A stretch of 64,000 nt of DNA, taken from contig CBDDDG010000012.1 in the NCBI GenBank assembly GCA_965226555.1, positions 1 to 64,000 on the forward strand, written 5' to 3'. The notes beneath the pieces are model-generated. The model did no database searches, was not told where the DNA came from, and saw nothing but the letters and a program-made list of their open reading frames with translations. The DNA comes from Salinispira sp. (GTDB lineage: Bacteria > Spirochaetota > Spirochaetia > DSM-27196 > Salinispiraceae). Positions 31,184-40,614 of this stretch are shown piece by piece. Position numbers and translations under genes: made by a program. Every line of letters starts with the position of its first letter. The stretch's first letter is position 1.

Positions 31184-31835
31184 TTATCGTGATGTCAATC
31201 TGATGCAGACGCAGAATAGTCCCGCATCAATTAACACTTTCTCAATGTGGTACATGCTTATATGCCTACAATTATGCGCCGCCAAATTACTATAATTATC
31301 CCAATTTGTGTTATTGAGTATGGATTCTATTTTTGTTTTTTCTTTTTTTATTACCAAACCATAACCACAGACATATTTAACCATTGTTGGCAGGTCTTGG
31401 GCACCTGTCTATTATTTACCCCTTTCTTCCAAACTTGCCACAGGGCATTTATTTTCAGTGTTTTACCGCATTCATCGTAAAAACTCCCAGAAGGTAAAAT
31501 TTCTGAATGCACTAATGAAAGTCCCTTAACTCTGTGCTTGGGGCTCCCCTTGCCATCGCTCTGAAAAGACATGGGAAGTATCATTCCCACGTAATGAGAA
31601 AATTGAGCTGCATGGTTCATAAAAATGAGGGCTAACCATGCCCTATACCCAAAGGGCGGGTTCCCTATTACACAATATGAGTATTCATTTTGTGTTGGCA
31701 TCCACGCTAAAAAAATCGCTTTGAATAATTTCGTTATTCATTGGAATTAGATCTATGCCTATACGATGATCATGAGGTAATAAATTATAAAATGCTCCTT
31801 CTCCGCATGAAGGCTCAATAAATTTGTAATATATT
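31184..31835 (-). pseudogene. degraded amino-DNA-methyltransferase-like gene
   Basis: FIEPSCGEGAF (motif I) and GNPPFG (motif IV) lie in different frames; shift at A7 near 31709-31715; 5' end missing. Confidence 0.75.
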
Positions 31836-31870
31836 GATTATTGATTTTTGTGTCAATATAAGGATGAATT

Positions 31871-32677
31871 ATGAAATTTTCCCCACAGTATGAAAAGAGT
31901 TTTTTCCCTCATCCCCGACTTCTGGATGTTGGTATGTACTCCGGTTATGTACCTTACCAAAAAGCATATGAACGGCAGAAAGAGCTGCATGATGCGGTAT
32001 TGTCCGGGGCAGATGATCAGCTTATGCTGCTTGAGCATAGCCCTGTGTACACGGTGGGGAAGCGGAGGGCGGCTGACGATTTTCTTGTTGAACCCGCAGC
32101 GCTGGAGAACAGGGGGGCGGAGGTAGTGCGGACTGACCGCGGCGGCAGAAGTACTTTTCACGGGCCGGGGCAAATTGTCCTGTATATTATCTGTAATTTG
32201 GGAAATGGGGCCCGCAAGGTACGGCAGTTTGTGTGGTTTATGGAAGAATCGGTTATTGAGTACCTGCGGAGAAATTTTGCAATGGAGGCCTGCAGGAAGC
32301 GGGAATATCCGGGCGTGTGGGTTGGAGATGAAAAAATAGCGGCTGTGGGCATATCTATTCGAGAGCGAGTAACAATGCATGGGCTCGCGCTCAACATATG
32401 TACGGATTTATCGTTTTTTGATGCAATTGTTCCCTGCGGAATTAGGGGGTTTCGGGTATGCTCGCTTGCTGCTGTTCTGAACGGGTTGTCTGGAGGGGAG
32501 AGCGTTGGCGGGAGTAGCGGCGGCGATGGTGGGAGCGTTGGCGGGAGCGGCGGCGGCAGCGGGCAGGGTTCCGATATGGTGTATGATATGGAAAGGGAAA
32601 AGAGCCGGTTTGCCGAGGTGTTTGCAGAGCTTTTTGGGTACGGTGAAGTGAGGATGACGCGCTATTCCATGTCCTGA
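31871..32677 (+). CDS. lipB: lipoyl(octanoyl) transferase
   Basis: LLEHSPVYTVG, DRGGRSTFHGPGQ, KIAAVG, HGLALN, IVPCG. Confidence 0.95.
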   Translation: MKFSPQYEKSFFPHPRLLDVGMYSGYVPYQKAYERQKELHDAVLSGADDQLMLLEHSPVYTVGKRRAADDFLVEPAALENRGAEVVRTDRGGRSTFHGPGQIVLYIICNLGNGARKVRQFVWFMEESVIEYLRRNFAMEACRKREYPGVWVGDEKIAAVGISIRERVTMHGLALNICTDLSFFDAIVPCGIRGFRVCSLAAVLNGLSGGESVGGSSGGDGGSVGGSGGGSGQGSDMVYDMEREKSRFAEVFAELFGYGEVRMTRYSMS

Positions 32678-32689
32678 AAGTGCATATTG

Positions 32690-33559
32690 TCAGGCAGATG
32701 ATTTGTGTGCAGTGTTTTCCGCCGGTTCTTTGGCATGATTTTCCGGCGGTTCAACGGAACGGCGGAAGGGTGTTATACTCTCAGATTTGCCTTCGTTGTT
32801 GATATTCAGTATTACCCCCTGTATCTCCAGCCCTTCCCAGCACTCAGCGCTCCGAAGCGGTTTTCCGAGCATTCGTTGTTCTATTTCTCCCTTCGGGTCA
32901 AACCCGCCAACGCTTTGAATACTGCCGGTACGTCCGGCATCGGATATAACTGCTGTTCCTTTTTGGAGAATTCTGGCATCGGAGGTCTGAACCCGCATGC
33001 CTGAACCAATGACGGCCGATACCTGCCCATCGGCATAAAGATTCATGGTAGCTTTTTCGGCAGTAATGGCTGTATGAAAATCTAAAATAATTGTATCTGT
33101 GTCTTTTTTTGCCCGTTCAACGATACCAGGTAATATACTATAGGGATTTACCGGGTGAATGTATTTGAGTGCTGATTGTCCTATGAGGTTAATAATGACA
33201 AGGCTTTGCTGCCTGTTATTTTTTTTATCCCGTTCTCCAATGGAATATGTTCGCCACCCCCTCCCCGGGTTTTCGTAGGGAAGATTAGCGGGGCGCAGCA
33301 GATGGTAGGCCTTAGCCATATGCGCGTGAATATCTTTTTTGTTGTAAATGAAATTGCCGGATGTTATCACATCCACACCGAGTTTTCGCAGATATATTGA
33401 ATGACTCTGTCCCAGTCCAAAACCTCCGCTGGCACCATCGGCATTGGCAATAACAAAATCAATATTGTATTCATCTTTCAATTTCCGCAACTGTTTTTTG
33501 ACGCAGTACACACCGACTTTGGTAACTATTTCAGCAATGTATAAAATGTTCTTTCCCAT
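32690..33559 (-). CDS. YmdB/TIGR00282-like metallophosphoesterase with degenerate metal ligands
   Basis: DVITSGN, LRPANLP..PGRG, DFH...TAEK, SDAGRTG. Confidence 0.85.
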   Translation of the reverse strand: MGKNILYIAEIVTKVGVYCVKKQLRKLKDEYNIDFVIANADGASGGFGLGQSHSIYLRKLGVDVITSGNFIYNKKDIHAHMAKAYHLLRPANLPYENPGRGWRTYSIGERDKKNNRQQSLVIINLIGQSALKYIHPVNPYSILPGIVERAKKDTDTIILDFHTAITAEKATMNLYADGQVSAVIGSGMRVQTSDARILQKGTAVISDAGRTGSIQSVGGFDPKGEIEQRMLGKPLRSAECWEGLEIQGVILNINNEGKSESITPFRRSVEPPENHAKEPAENTAHKSSA

Positions 33560-33678
33560 TCAGCGGAAACCTCTCTACAAATTCGTAATGTGTGATGATA
33601 TGATAGAAACTATTTCCTCAGGAAAAACTTTATCAATGCAAAACTTTCCAGTAGTATAGAATGTATTGCGTGATAATG

Positions 33679-35141
33679 CCAGAACTTCCCCAACAATTTT
33701 TTTGACGGGATTTTGACAGAATAATGGAGGGAGATTTTGCCCTTGAGCAGTGAGTATGTGGCGGGAATACCGGGCGCATAGACCACCCCCGCCGCAGAAC
33801 CGCTGGTCTGCGTTGATTGTGTGTCGGTTATATGCAAGAAATCAACTCGGTAGACTGCCCTCGAAAACGACCGATTGTTCACTACTTAGCTCAACACAGA
33901 CATCCCTCCTGTGCGAATCTGCCATTTTATTCCCTTCCATATCCACCGCCCTGTTATTTTCCATGTTCGCTTAACAGGAAGCGTTTTTGTTACGACGCTC
34001 GCCAGCACATGGTTGATACTGGTGAGAAAATTGACCCCCATGGCAATGCAGCACAACAAACACACAGCGGCGATCTTGTTATGCGTCCGCACTCTCTTGG
34101 TGCCGGTAAGATACGACATGCGCTTAAACTCATCATTCTCTATGCTCCACCGCAGGTGCGCAGCTTCCCGCGCAGCAGGCAATGACAGATGTACATCACT
34201 CGTAATTACCCAGAACGTCTCCTTCCCTTCAGTGACCCGCAGCACCAGCACCGGAACGCCATGCCATTCGTCAAGCACTGCCTCAATCTGGTAACTCGTT
34301 GATCGTTGATAATCATACCCGCTCGCGGTTTGGACTGCATCACTATAGAACCCCTGATGTTCCATATAGCGGGCTGCGCGATCAAGGAGCAACCGCTCAT
34401 GTTTCCGCGGAGTGCCATCCCGCTTTACCGAACGAAATTTCACCAGAATATGACGCTTTAATTTTGCGCAGATCAGATGAAGAACGGGCTCACACAGATA
34501 GAGCCCATCGAAACTTAACAATTGCGGCAGGGTATCTCCTTCCCTCAAAAGCATTTCTTCAGACCCGCGCAGTTCGTGCCCTCTGCCCTTCATCGGTCTC
34601 ACAACCTGCGCATACGTTCCTGTCTTTGTCGGTCGCGCCAGCACGGTGAACCAGACGCTCCCGAAGACACAGGTGCCATCGACAATACCAATACTCCGAT
34701 GAACTCCCGTGTCCAAATAACACGATTCTTCAGTGTCACTCACTGACAACTTCATACTGGTTCCCACCATCGTCGTCACTTCATCCGGTATGATCTGAGA
34801 AATCACCCGTTGTATGGTGCTGTCGGAACCGACCATATACCGTTTGCTGCCGAGTAACTTCCGAACATGTTTATTCCGAGCCAGATAATCGAGATCAAAC
34901 AGACTCTTGCATGAAAATAATGGCATCGATATAATGAGAGCCATTATTTGTGATAGCTGAACAACCGGTCGTTTCCGAGGGTCGGTTAAATTGGTTGTTT
35001 TCAGCATCTGTCCGAGCCTTTGAATAAAGGTTCGGGCAACACTTTTTTTCTGAGAACACATAGTCCCCCTCCCATAGTAGATCATAAATGTGTATGAGAA
35101 TTCCTGCAATGGTCTGAAAAAAACTTGTTGGGGAAGTTCTG
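33679..35141 (-). mobile_element. IS with DDE transposase (IS4-like superfamily)
   Basis: IRs cagaacttccccaacaa at both ends; 8-bp TSD tgataatg (33671-33678, 35142-35149). Confidence 0.9.
33886..35061 (-). CDS. DDE transposase
   Basis: IVDGT, FDGLY, RWSIENDEFK. Confidence 0.85.
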   Translation of the reverse strand: MCSQKKSVARTFIQRLGQMLKTTNLTDPRKRPVVQLSQIMALIISMPLFSCKSLFDLDYLARNKHVRKLLGSKRYMVGSDSTIQRVISQIIPDEVTTMVGTSMKLSVSDTEESCYLDTGVHRSIGIVDGTCVFGSVWFTVLARPTKTGTYAQVVRPMKGRGHELRGSEEMLLREGDTLPQLLSFDGLYLCEPVLHLICAKLKRHILVKFRSVKRDGTPRKHERLLLDRAARYMEHQGFYSDAVQTASGYDYQRSTSYQIEAVLDEWHGVPVLVLRVTEGKETFWVITSDVHLSLPAAREAAHLRWSIENDEFKRMSYLTGTKRVRTHNKIAAVCLLCCIAMGVNFLTSINHVLASVVTKTLPVKRTWKITGRWIWKGIKWQIRTGGMSVLS

Positions 35142-35252
35142 TGATAATGTACATTGACAGACCCTCCCTGAGCATTCTCTGAAGGAACTGGTATGTGAGG
35201 TTGATCTGAATGTTGATATTATCCGCTCTGCGCGCAGGCCGAGCGGCGCCAA

Positions 35253-36248
35253 TTACTGCGATCCGTTCCGCACTGTCCGCATTTCCTCATCGCTCAGCCC
35301 CGTAACATCCTGAATGTCATGGGCTGAAAATCCTTTGGAAAACATACTGCGGGCGTTTTTTCTCCGCTCCTCAATATGTCCCTCCGCGCGACCTTTCAGA
35401 ATACCCCGCTCCATGCCTTTCAGAATACCTTTCTCCATGCCTTGGTTGACAAACCAATCACTCATCTGAACTTTTTTCATCATAACCCTTTCTCCTCCAG
35501 GATTTATTTCCCTGTTGATTTTTTCAAAGCGTGTATCCAGTTTCAAGGCCTTCAGATAGAGCAGAAGGTTCGGGATCATCTCGCGGGAATTCTCTGAGGG
35601 AAGTTCTTTCAGATACTTCGCAACCTTCCGCAAGTCTTCATCGCCTGTCTTACTGACTTTCCGCATAATATAGCACAGAGCTCCCCCTGTCAACACAACT
35701 CCGTCTGACCCCCGGGTAAACTCCTCCTCGCTCATCCTATTCAAATCGACCATCACAGGCCTATTGAGAACCTTTGGCCTCGCAAGATATTTTTCCATCA
35801 TTGTGTACAATTTTTCCGGTATGTGTGTATGCACATCCCCTGAACTGTGGAAACTGATATCGCCATCCCATATCGGTTCGCCATGATACCACAGCACCAG
35901 AACAAGAAGATCGGTCTGCGCCTGAAATGTCCTGCTGTTTATGAGGGCTTTCTGGTATTTATCGAACTGTTCGCTGACCTTTGGATCATACGCGCTTTTG
36001 TGCTCAATGAGGAGAACAATTCGTAAACCGTCGAATTCCCCTTTGAGGGGAATAATGAGAATGAGATCGCAGAGTACCTCACGCCCTTTGTCAACGTAGA
36101 TGGTGTTTTCGATGCGAATAGTATCTAAATCCATAATGTTAACGATGTTTTCTGGAAAAATTGTCCGTGGAATATCGGCTGCCGCCTCGGGGGTGCCATA
36201 GATACTCTTAAAAGCAATATCATGGATATTGTATCCGGAATTACTCAT
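35253..36248 (-). CDS. Rpn-family recombination-promoting nuclease
   Basis: HDIAFK, CDLIL, LIEHKS, LWYHG, EKG repeats, IQDVTGLS tail. Confidence 0.92.
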   Translation of the reverse strand: MSNSGYNIHDIAFKSIYGTPEAAADIPRTIFPENIVNIMDLDTIRIENTIYVDKGREVLCDLILIIPLKGEFDGLRIVLLIEHKSAYDPKVSEQFDKYQKALINSRTFQAQTDLLVLVLWYHGEPIWDGDISFHSSGDVHTHIPEKLYTMMEKYLARPKVLNRPVMVDLNRMSEEEFTRGSDGVVLTGGALCYIMRKVSKTGDEDLRKVAKYLKELPSENSREMIPNLLLYLKALKLDTRFEKINREINPGGERVMMKKVQMSDWFVNQGMEKGILKGMERGILKGRAEGHIEERRKNARSMFSKGFSAHDIQDVTGLSDEEMRTVRNGSQ

Positions 36249-36264
36249 ACATACCTCCTGCTAT

Positions 36265-36722
36265 ATCTATAACGGGAGAACTGTCATTTTTAATTGTGTT
36301 TTTTGAAAGAATTTTGCAAAATTTGTGAATTTTTTTCGGGGAGTCGGGAATGGGGGGGGCTGGTATGCTCTGTGTTGATATACTTTTTGCTCATACCATA
36401 TAGACGGGTAAAATATAAACGGTGAATGATAAAATGAGAAAGTTTTGTAAAAAGTTTTATTACAGAGTTTTGCTACTGGAAATTGTGCTTGCACAATTTT
36501 CCAAGGCAAAACTTTCTACAAAATGAGAGTATGCTAAGCACAAAGACAGCATTCCACATGAGATATTGATCAGCCCGGACGCATGGGCGAACCGGTTGCT
36601 TGGGCGAGCAGCGCGACCAGCCCCTATCCCCAGCAACAGTCGCATGGCGCGCAGGCCGAGCGGCGCCAATTACTGCGATCCGTTCCGCACTGTCCGCATT
36701 TCCTCATCGCTCAGCCCGGTAA
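36265..36722. repeat. ~458-bp direct repeat, copy 1
   Basis: Near-identical to 37675-38132 (offset 1410); contains rpn 3' end, GC-rich repeat, AT hairpin repeat and promoter region. Confidence 0.95.
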
Positions 36723-37665
36723 CATCCTGAATGTCATGGGCTGAAAATCCTTTGGAAAACATACTGCGGGCGTTTTTTCTCCGCTCCTCAATATGCCCCT
36801 CAGCCCGGCCCTTCGTGATACCCTGTTCAAGACCCTCAATCCGGCCTTTCAGAATACCTTTCTCCATTCCTTCCCTGACGAAGGCGTTGGTAATATTATA
36901 TGTCCGCATACTGTTTTCTCCTCCATGGTACAGTTCCCTGTTAATTTTTTCAAACTGCTCATACAGTCCCAGATCTTTTAGATATCCTAGCACACTCTCT
37001 GCCAGATCAGTAAAGTCTTGTGATGACAGACCATTCAGGAGCTGCGCAATTTCTTTCAGCCCCTCAGCATTCATTTCATTATCTCTCATAATATACCACA
37101 ACGCAGTCGATGTATATCGTTTTCCATCGAAACGCAATGCCAACTGCTTTTTGTCCATTCGCCTCAGATCGCGCACAATGTACGACACTTTCACCTTGAC
37201 ATCTACCGTGCCTTCGATCATGGATTCGGAAGCAGCATTTCCATGAGAACTGTAAAATGTGAGTGGGAGGTTCCATTCATGTTTTCCATGATAGAGCAGC
37301 AGTATATAGATAGCATCCCTTTCATTGTACACATTGCTGTTTCTGAGTGCATACTGATAGTTATCGATTTGAGTGAGCGCATGTTTATTCAGGTAGCTTT
37401 TATGCTCAATAATGAACAGGGCCTTCCGCTTGGGGTCTGACAGGAAGGGGGCGCTGACAACGAGATCGCAGTGAAGGTTCTTTTTTCCCGCAATGTAGCT
37501 GGGGGTTTCAATGCGGATTTTGCCCAGATCCAGCTTGGTAAGCGTTGTATCCTCACAGAACAGCCGCAGCAGGTCGGGAATCATACGGGGGGTTCTGTAG
37601 TAGGCGATCTTGAAGGCTATGTCGTGGATATGGCCTGTGCTGTGGGATGATTTTTTCATAAACAT
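36670..37665 (-). CDS. Rpn-family nuclease, second subtype
   Basis: HIHDIAFK, CDLVV, IIEHKS, LLYHG, same tail as 35253. Confidence 0.92.
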   Translation of the reverse strand: MFMKKSSHSTGHIHDIAFKIAYYRTPRMIPDLLRLFCEDTTLTKLDLGKIRIETPSYIAGKKNLHCDLVVSAPFLSDPKRKALFIIEHKSYLNKHALTQIDNYQYALRNSNVYNERDAIYILLLYHGKHEWNLPLTFYSSHGNAASESMIEGTVDVKVKVSYIVRDLRRMDKKQLALRFDGKRYTSTALWYIMRDNEMNAEGLKEIAQLLNGLSSQDFTDLAESVLGYLKDLGLYEQFEKINRELYHGGENSMRTYNITNAFVREGMEKGILKGRIEGLEQGITKGRAEGHIEERRKNARSMFSKGFSAHDIQDVTGLSDEEMRTVRNGSQ

Positions 37666-37674
37666 TCCTCCTAC

Positions 37675-38132
37675 ATCTATAACGGGAGAACTGTCATTTT
37701 TAATTGTGTTTTTTGAAAGAATTTTGCAAAATTTGTGAATTTTTTTTCGGGGAGACAGGAATGGGGGGGCTGGTATGCTCTGTGTTGATATACTTTTTGC
37801 TCATACCATATAGACGGGTAAAATATAAACGGTGAATGATAAAATGAGAAAGTTTTGTAAAAAGTTTTATTACAGAGTTTTGCTACTGGAAATTGTGCTT
37901 GCACAATTTTCCAAGGCAAAACTTTCTACAAAATGAGAGTATGCTAAGCACAAAGACAGCATTCCACATGAGATATTGATCAGCCCGGACGCATGGGCGA
38001 ACCGGTTGCTTGGGCGAGCAGCGCGACCAGCCCCTATCCCCAGCAACAGTCGCATGGCGCGCAGGCCGAGCGGCGCCAATTACTGCGATCCGTTCCGCAC
38101 TGTCCGCATTTCCTCATCGCTCAGCCCGGTAA
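37675..38132. repeat. ~458-bp direct repeat, copy 2
   Basis: Near-identical to 36265-36722. Confidence 0.95.
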
Positions 38133-39100
38133 TTCTCTGAACAGCCTCTGTCGACAAGCCTTCCGAAAACATACTGCGGGCCGTTTCTCGAATGCCTTCC
38201 TGCCTGCCCTTTGTGATACCCTGCTCAAGACCCTCAACCCGTCCCTGATTGACAAACCAATCACTCATCTGAACTTTTTTCATCATAACTCTTTCTCCTC
38301 CAGAAACTTTTGGATGACTCTATGTGCTTAGCATTCTCGCATTTTGTAGAAAATTTTGCCTCAGGCAAAATTTTGTTTCGGGATTAATTTCCCTGTTGAT
38401 TTTTTCAAAGCGTGTATCCAGTTTCAAGCCCTTCAGATAGAGCAGAAGGTTCGGGATCATCTCGCGGGAATTCTCTGCGGGAAGTTCCTTCAGATACTTC
38501 GCAACCTTCCTCAAGTCTTCATCGCCTGTCTTACTGACTTTCCGCATAATATAGCACAGGGCTCCCCCTGTCAACACTACCCCGTCTGACCCCCGGGTAA
38601 ACTCCTCCTCGCTCATCCTATTCAAATCGACCATCACAGGCCTATTGAGAACCTTTGGCCTCGCAAGGTATTTTTCCATCATTGTGTACAATTTTTCCGG
38701 TATGTGTGTATGCACATCCCCTGAACTGTGGAAACTGAGATCGCCTTCCCATAGTGCTTCGCCATGATACCATAGAACCAGAACAAGAAGATCGGTCTGC
38801 GCCTGAAATGTCCTGCTGTTTATGAGGGCTTTCTGGTATTTATCAAACTGTTCGCTGACCTTCGGATCATACGCGCTTTTGTGCTCAATAAGTAGCACGA
38901 TTCGTAAACCCTCGAATTCCCCTTTGAGGGGAATAATGAGAATGAGGTCGCAGAGTACCTCACGCCCTTTGTCAATGTAGATGGTGTTTTCGATGCGAAT
39001 AGTATCTAAATCCATAATGTTAACGATGTTTTCTGGAAAAATTGTCCGTGGAATATCGGCTGCCGCCTCGGGGGTGCCATAGATACTCTTAAAAGCAATA
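38080..39100 (-). pseudogene. Rpn-family nuclease pseudogene; the small C-terminal ORF 38080-38286 is intact
   Basis: Paralogue of 35253-36248; first ~10 codons replaced by IS481; 78-bp insert at 38303-38380 adds a stop just before the internal RBS. Confidence 0.9.
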
Positions 39101-40353
39101 TGGGATATAAACCTTTGGACAGACCCCTCCTCCCCAGTGTAAAACGAAGGTTATTCGTATACACTGGGGGTTGTATAAAACATAAAAGGAGGGAAACAGT
39201 GAACAGTAGTATCACATATTCTCAGTATCATCTCAAGTCTCGGAAGTATCAGGCGGCTTCGATGTATGATTGGCGGTTGCGGATGGTTCGGTATGCCCAA
39301 GAGCATTCGATCAAGGCGGCTGCTCGGGAGTTCGAGGTGTCGCGCAACACGGTGCGGCGGTGGGTTCGGCGCTTTGAATCCGGCGAGGGTCTTGAAGACA
39401 AGAAGCGGGGCACGACCAATCATCCGATGAAGATGAAATTCGGGCACCGGTGTCATCTCGAGAGTCTTGTCCAGACCAAGAATCGGAATCACAACAAAAT
39501 CATTGGAACTCAGGTGCAAAAGCAGTTGCAGACGGAAGTTGGCGGGAAGTACAGCCTGCCGACGATTATCAAGACGCTAAAGCAGATAGGGGCGCGGAAA
39601 ACAAAGAAGCCGAAGGCGCTACCCAAGAGAGATTTGCGGGAGGTAACCGACAGGATGAAGTTCGGCGAGTGCATTCAGATTGATATCAAGTATCTGACGG
39701 ACATTCCCGCTATGCGGTTTTCTCAGAAGTGTTTAGACGTTCCGAAGTACCAGATAACCGCCCGGGATCGGGCGACAGGGGCTCTGTGGTACGCCTTCGC
39801 CAATGAGAAGAGCAGTATGGTAACAACCTTGTTCGCCGAGTACCTGCTGGAGCACCTGCGGAATCGCGGCGGAGACCTTGTCAACGGCATAACGGTTCAG
39901 ACCGATAACGGGGCAGAGTTCACCGTTCGGCATCTGAGCAAGACCCGAACGTCGGGGTTTGAGCAGGCGCTCATACAGGCGGGTGTCGAGTATCGGCGTA
40001 TTCCGCCCGGGCAGTGCACATGGAACAGTTCTGTCGAGTCCTCGCACCGGCTCATTGAGGATGAGTTCTACAGTCAGGTGATGAATCCAAAGCTCAATGA
40101 GTTTCTTAAGGAAGCCGAGGAGTATCAGATAGATTTCAATTACCGGCGGTTCAACACCTACCGCAAAGGGACTCCGCTGGATCTTTTGAGGCAGCGGAAT
40201 ACCAATGTGGATAGTGATATTCTCCGGCTCAAGCCGATCATAATGGAGCAACGGCTCACACGGCCGACGCTTGAGCGATGGAGGGCTTGGCACTCGGAAG
40301 AAATGATCGCATAATAGGTCAAAGTGGGGGTCTGTTCAAACCTTAATATCCCA
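39101..40353 (+). mobile_element. IS481-family element
   Basis: Imperfect IRs tgggatataaacctttggacagaccc / gggtctgttcaaaccttaatatccca; no TSD seen. Confidence 0.88.
39199..40314 (+). CDS. IS481-type transposase (HTH + rve)
   Basis: AAAREFEVSRNTVRRWVRR, QIDIKY, QTDNGAEF, VESSHR; GTG start after aggagg. Confidence 0.9.
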   Translation: MNSSITYSQYHLKSRKYQAASMYDWRLRMVRYAQEHSIKAAAREFEVSRNTVRRWVRRFESGEGLEDKKRGTTNHPMKMKFGHRCHLESLVQTKNRNHNKIIGTQVQKQLQTEVGGKYSLPTIIKTLKQIGARKTKKPKALPKRDLREVTDRMKFGECIQIDIKYLTDIPAMRFSQKCLDVPKYQITARDRATGALWYAFANEKSSMVTTLFAEYLLEHLRNRGGDLVNGITVQTDNGAEFTVRHLSKTRTSGFEQALIQAGVEYRRIPPGQCTWNSSVESSHRLIEDEFYSQVMNPKLNEFLKEAEEYQIDFNYRRFNTYRKGTPLDLLRQRNTNVDSDILRLKPIIMEQRLTRPTLERWRAWHSEEMIA

Positions 40354-40375
40354 AATTTCAATCTTATTGAAGATT

Positions 40376-40592
40376 ATACCTGATCATAATCTCTTTTGCA
40401 AGCAAAATGAGCATACCCCTTCGAAAATCCACTTATGCGCGGTATAATTCCCATTATTACGGGAGGGGAATTATGTGTTCTCAGAAAAAAGTGGTCTATG
40501 CGCCCGGTATTCCCGCCACATACTCACTGCTCAAGGGAAAAATCTCCCCAAAATATTCTGTCAAAACCCCGTCAAAAAATTTGTTGGGGAAG
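40376..40592 (+). mobile_element. deleted derivative of the DDE IS (promoter, first codons and distal end)
   Basis: Matches ~51775-51875 (rc), ~35045-35070 (rc) and ~33685-33786 (rc). Confidence 0.85.
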
Positions 40593-40614
40593 TATTACGC
40601 AAGAGCGAGTGTAT

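Noticed and set aside
36351..36360. Phase-variable G8 vs G7 tract (compare ~37763) in rpn linkers
   Set aside because: Non-coding, ~100 bp upstream of the start and not clearly within a promoter spacer; could be drift or error
36267..36669. ORFs 36267-36509 and 36460-36669, their copies at 37677-38079, and similar ORFs at 7881-8128, 51505-51919, 55163-55550
   Set aside because: They are translations of non-coding repeats with no RBS or protein motifs
35253..39100. Integron cassette array
   Set aside because: No IntI or attC-type sites; linkers contain promoters and coding tails
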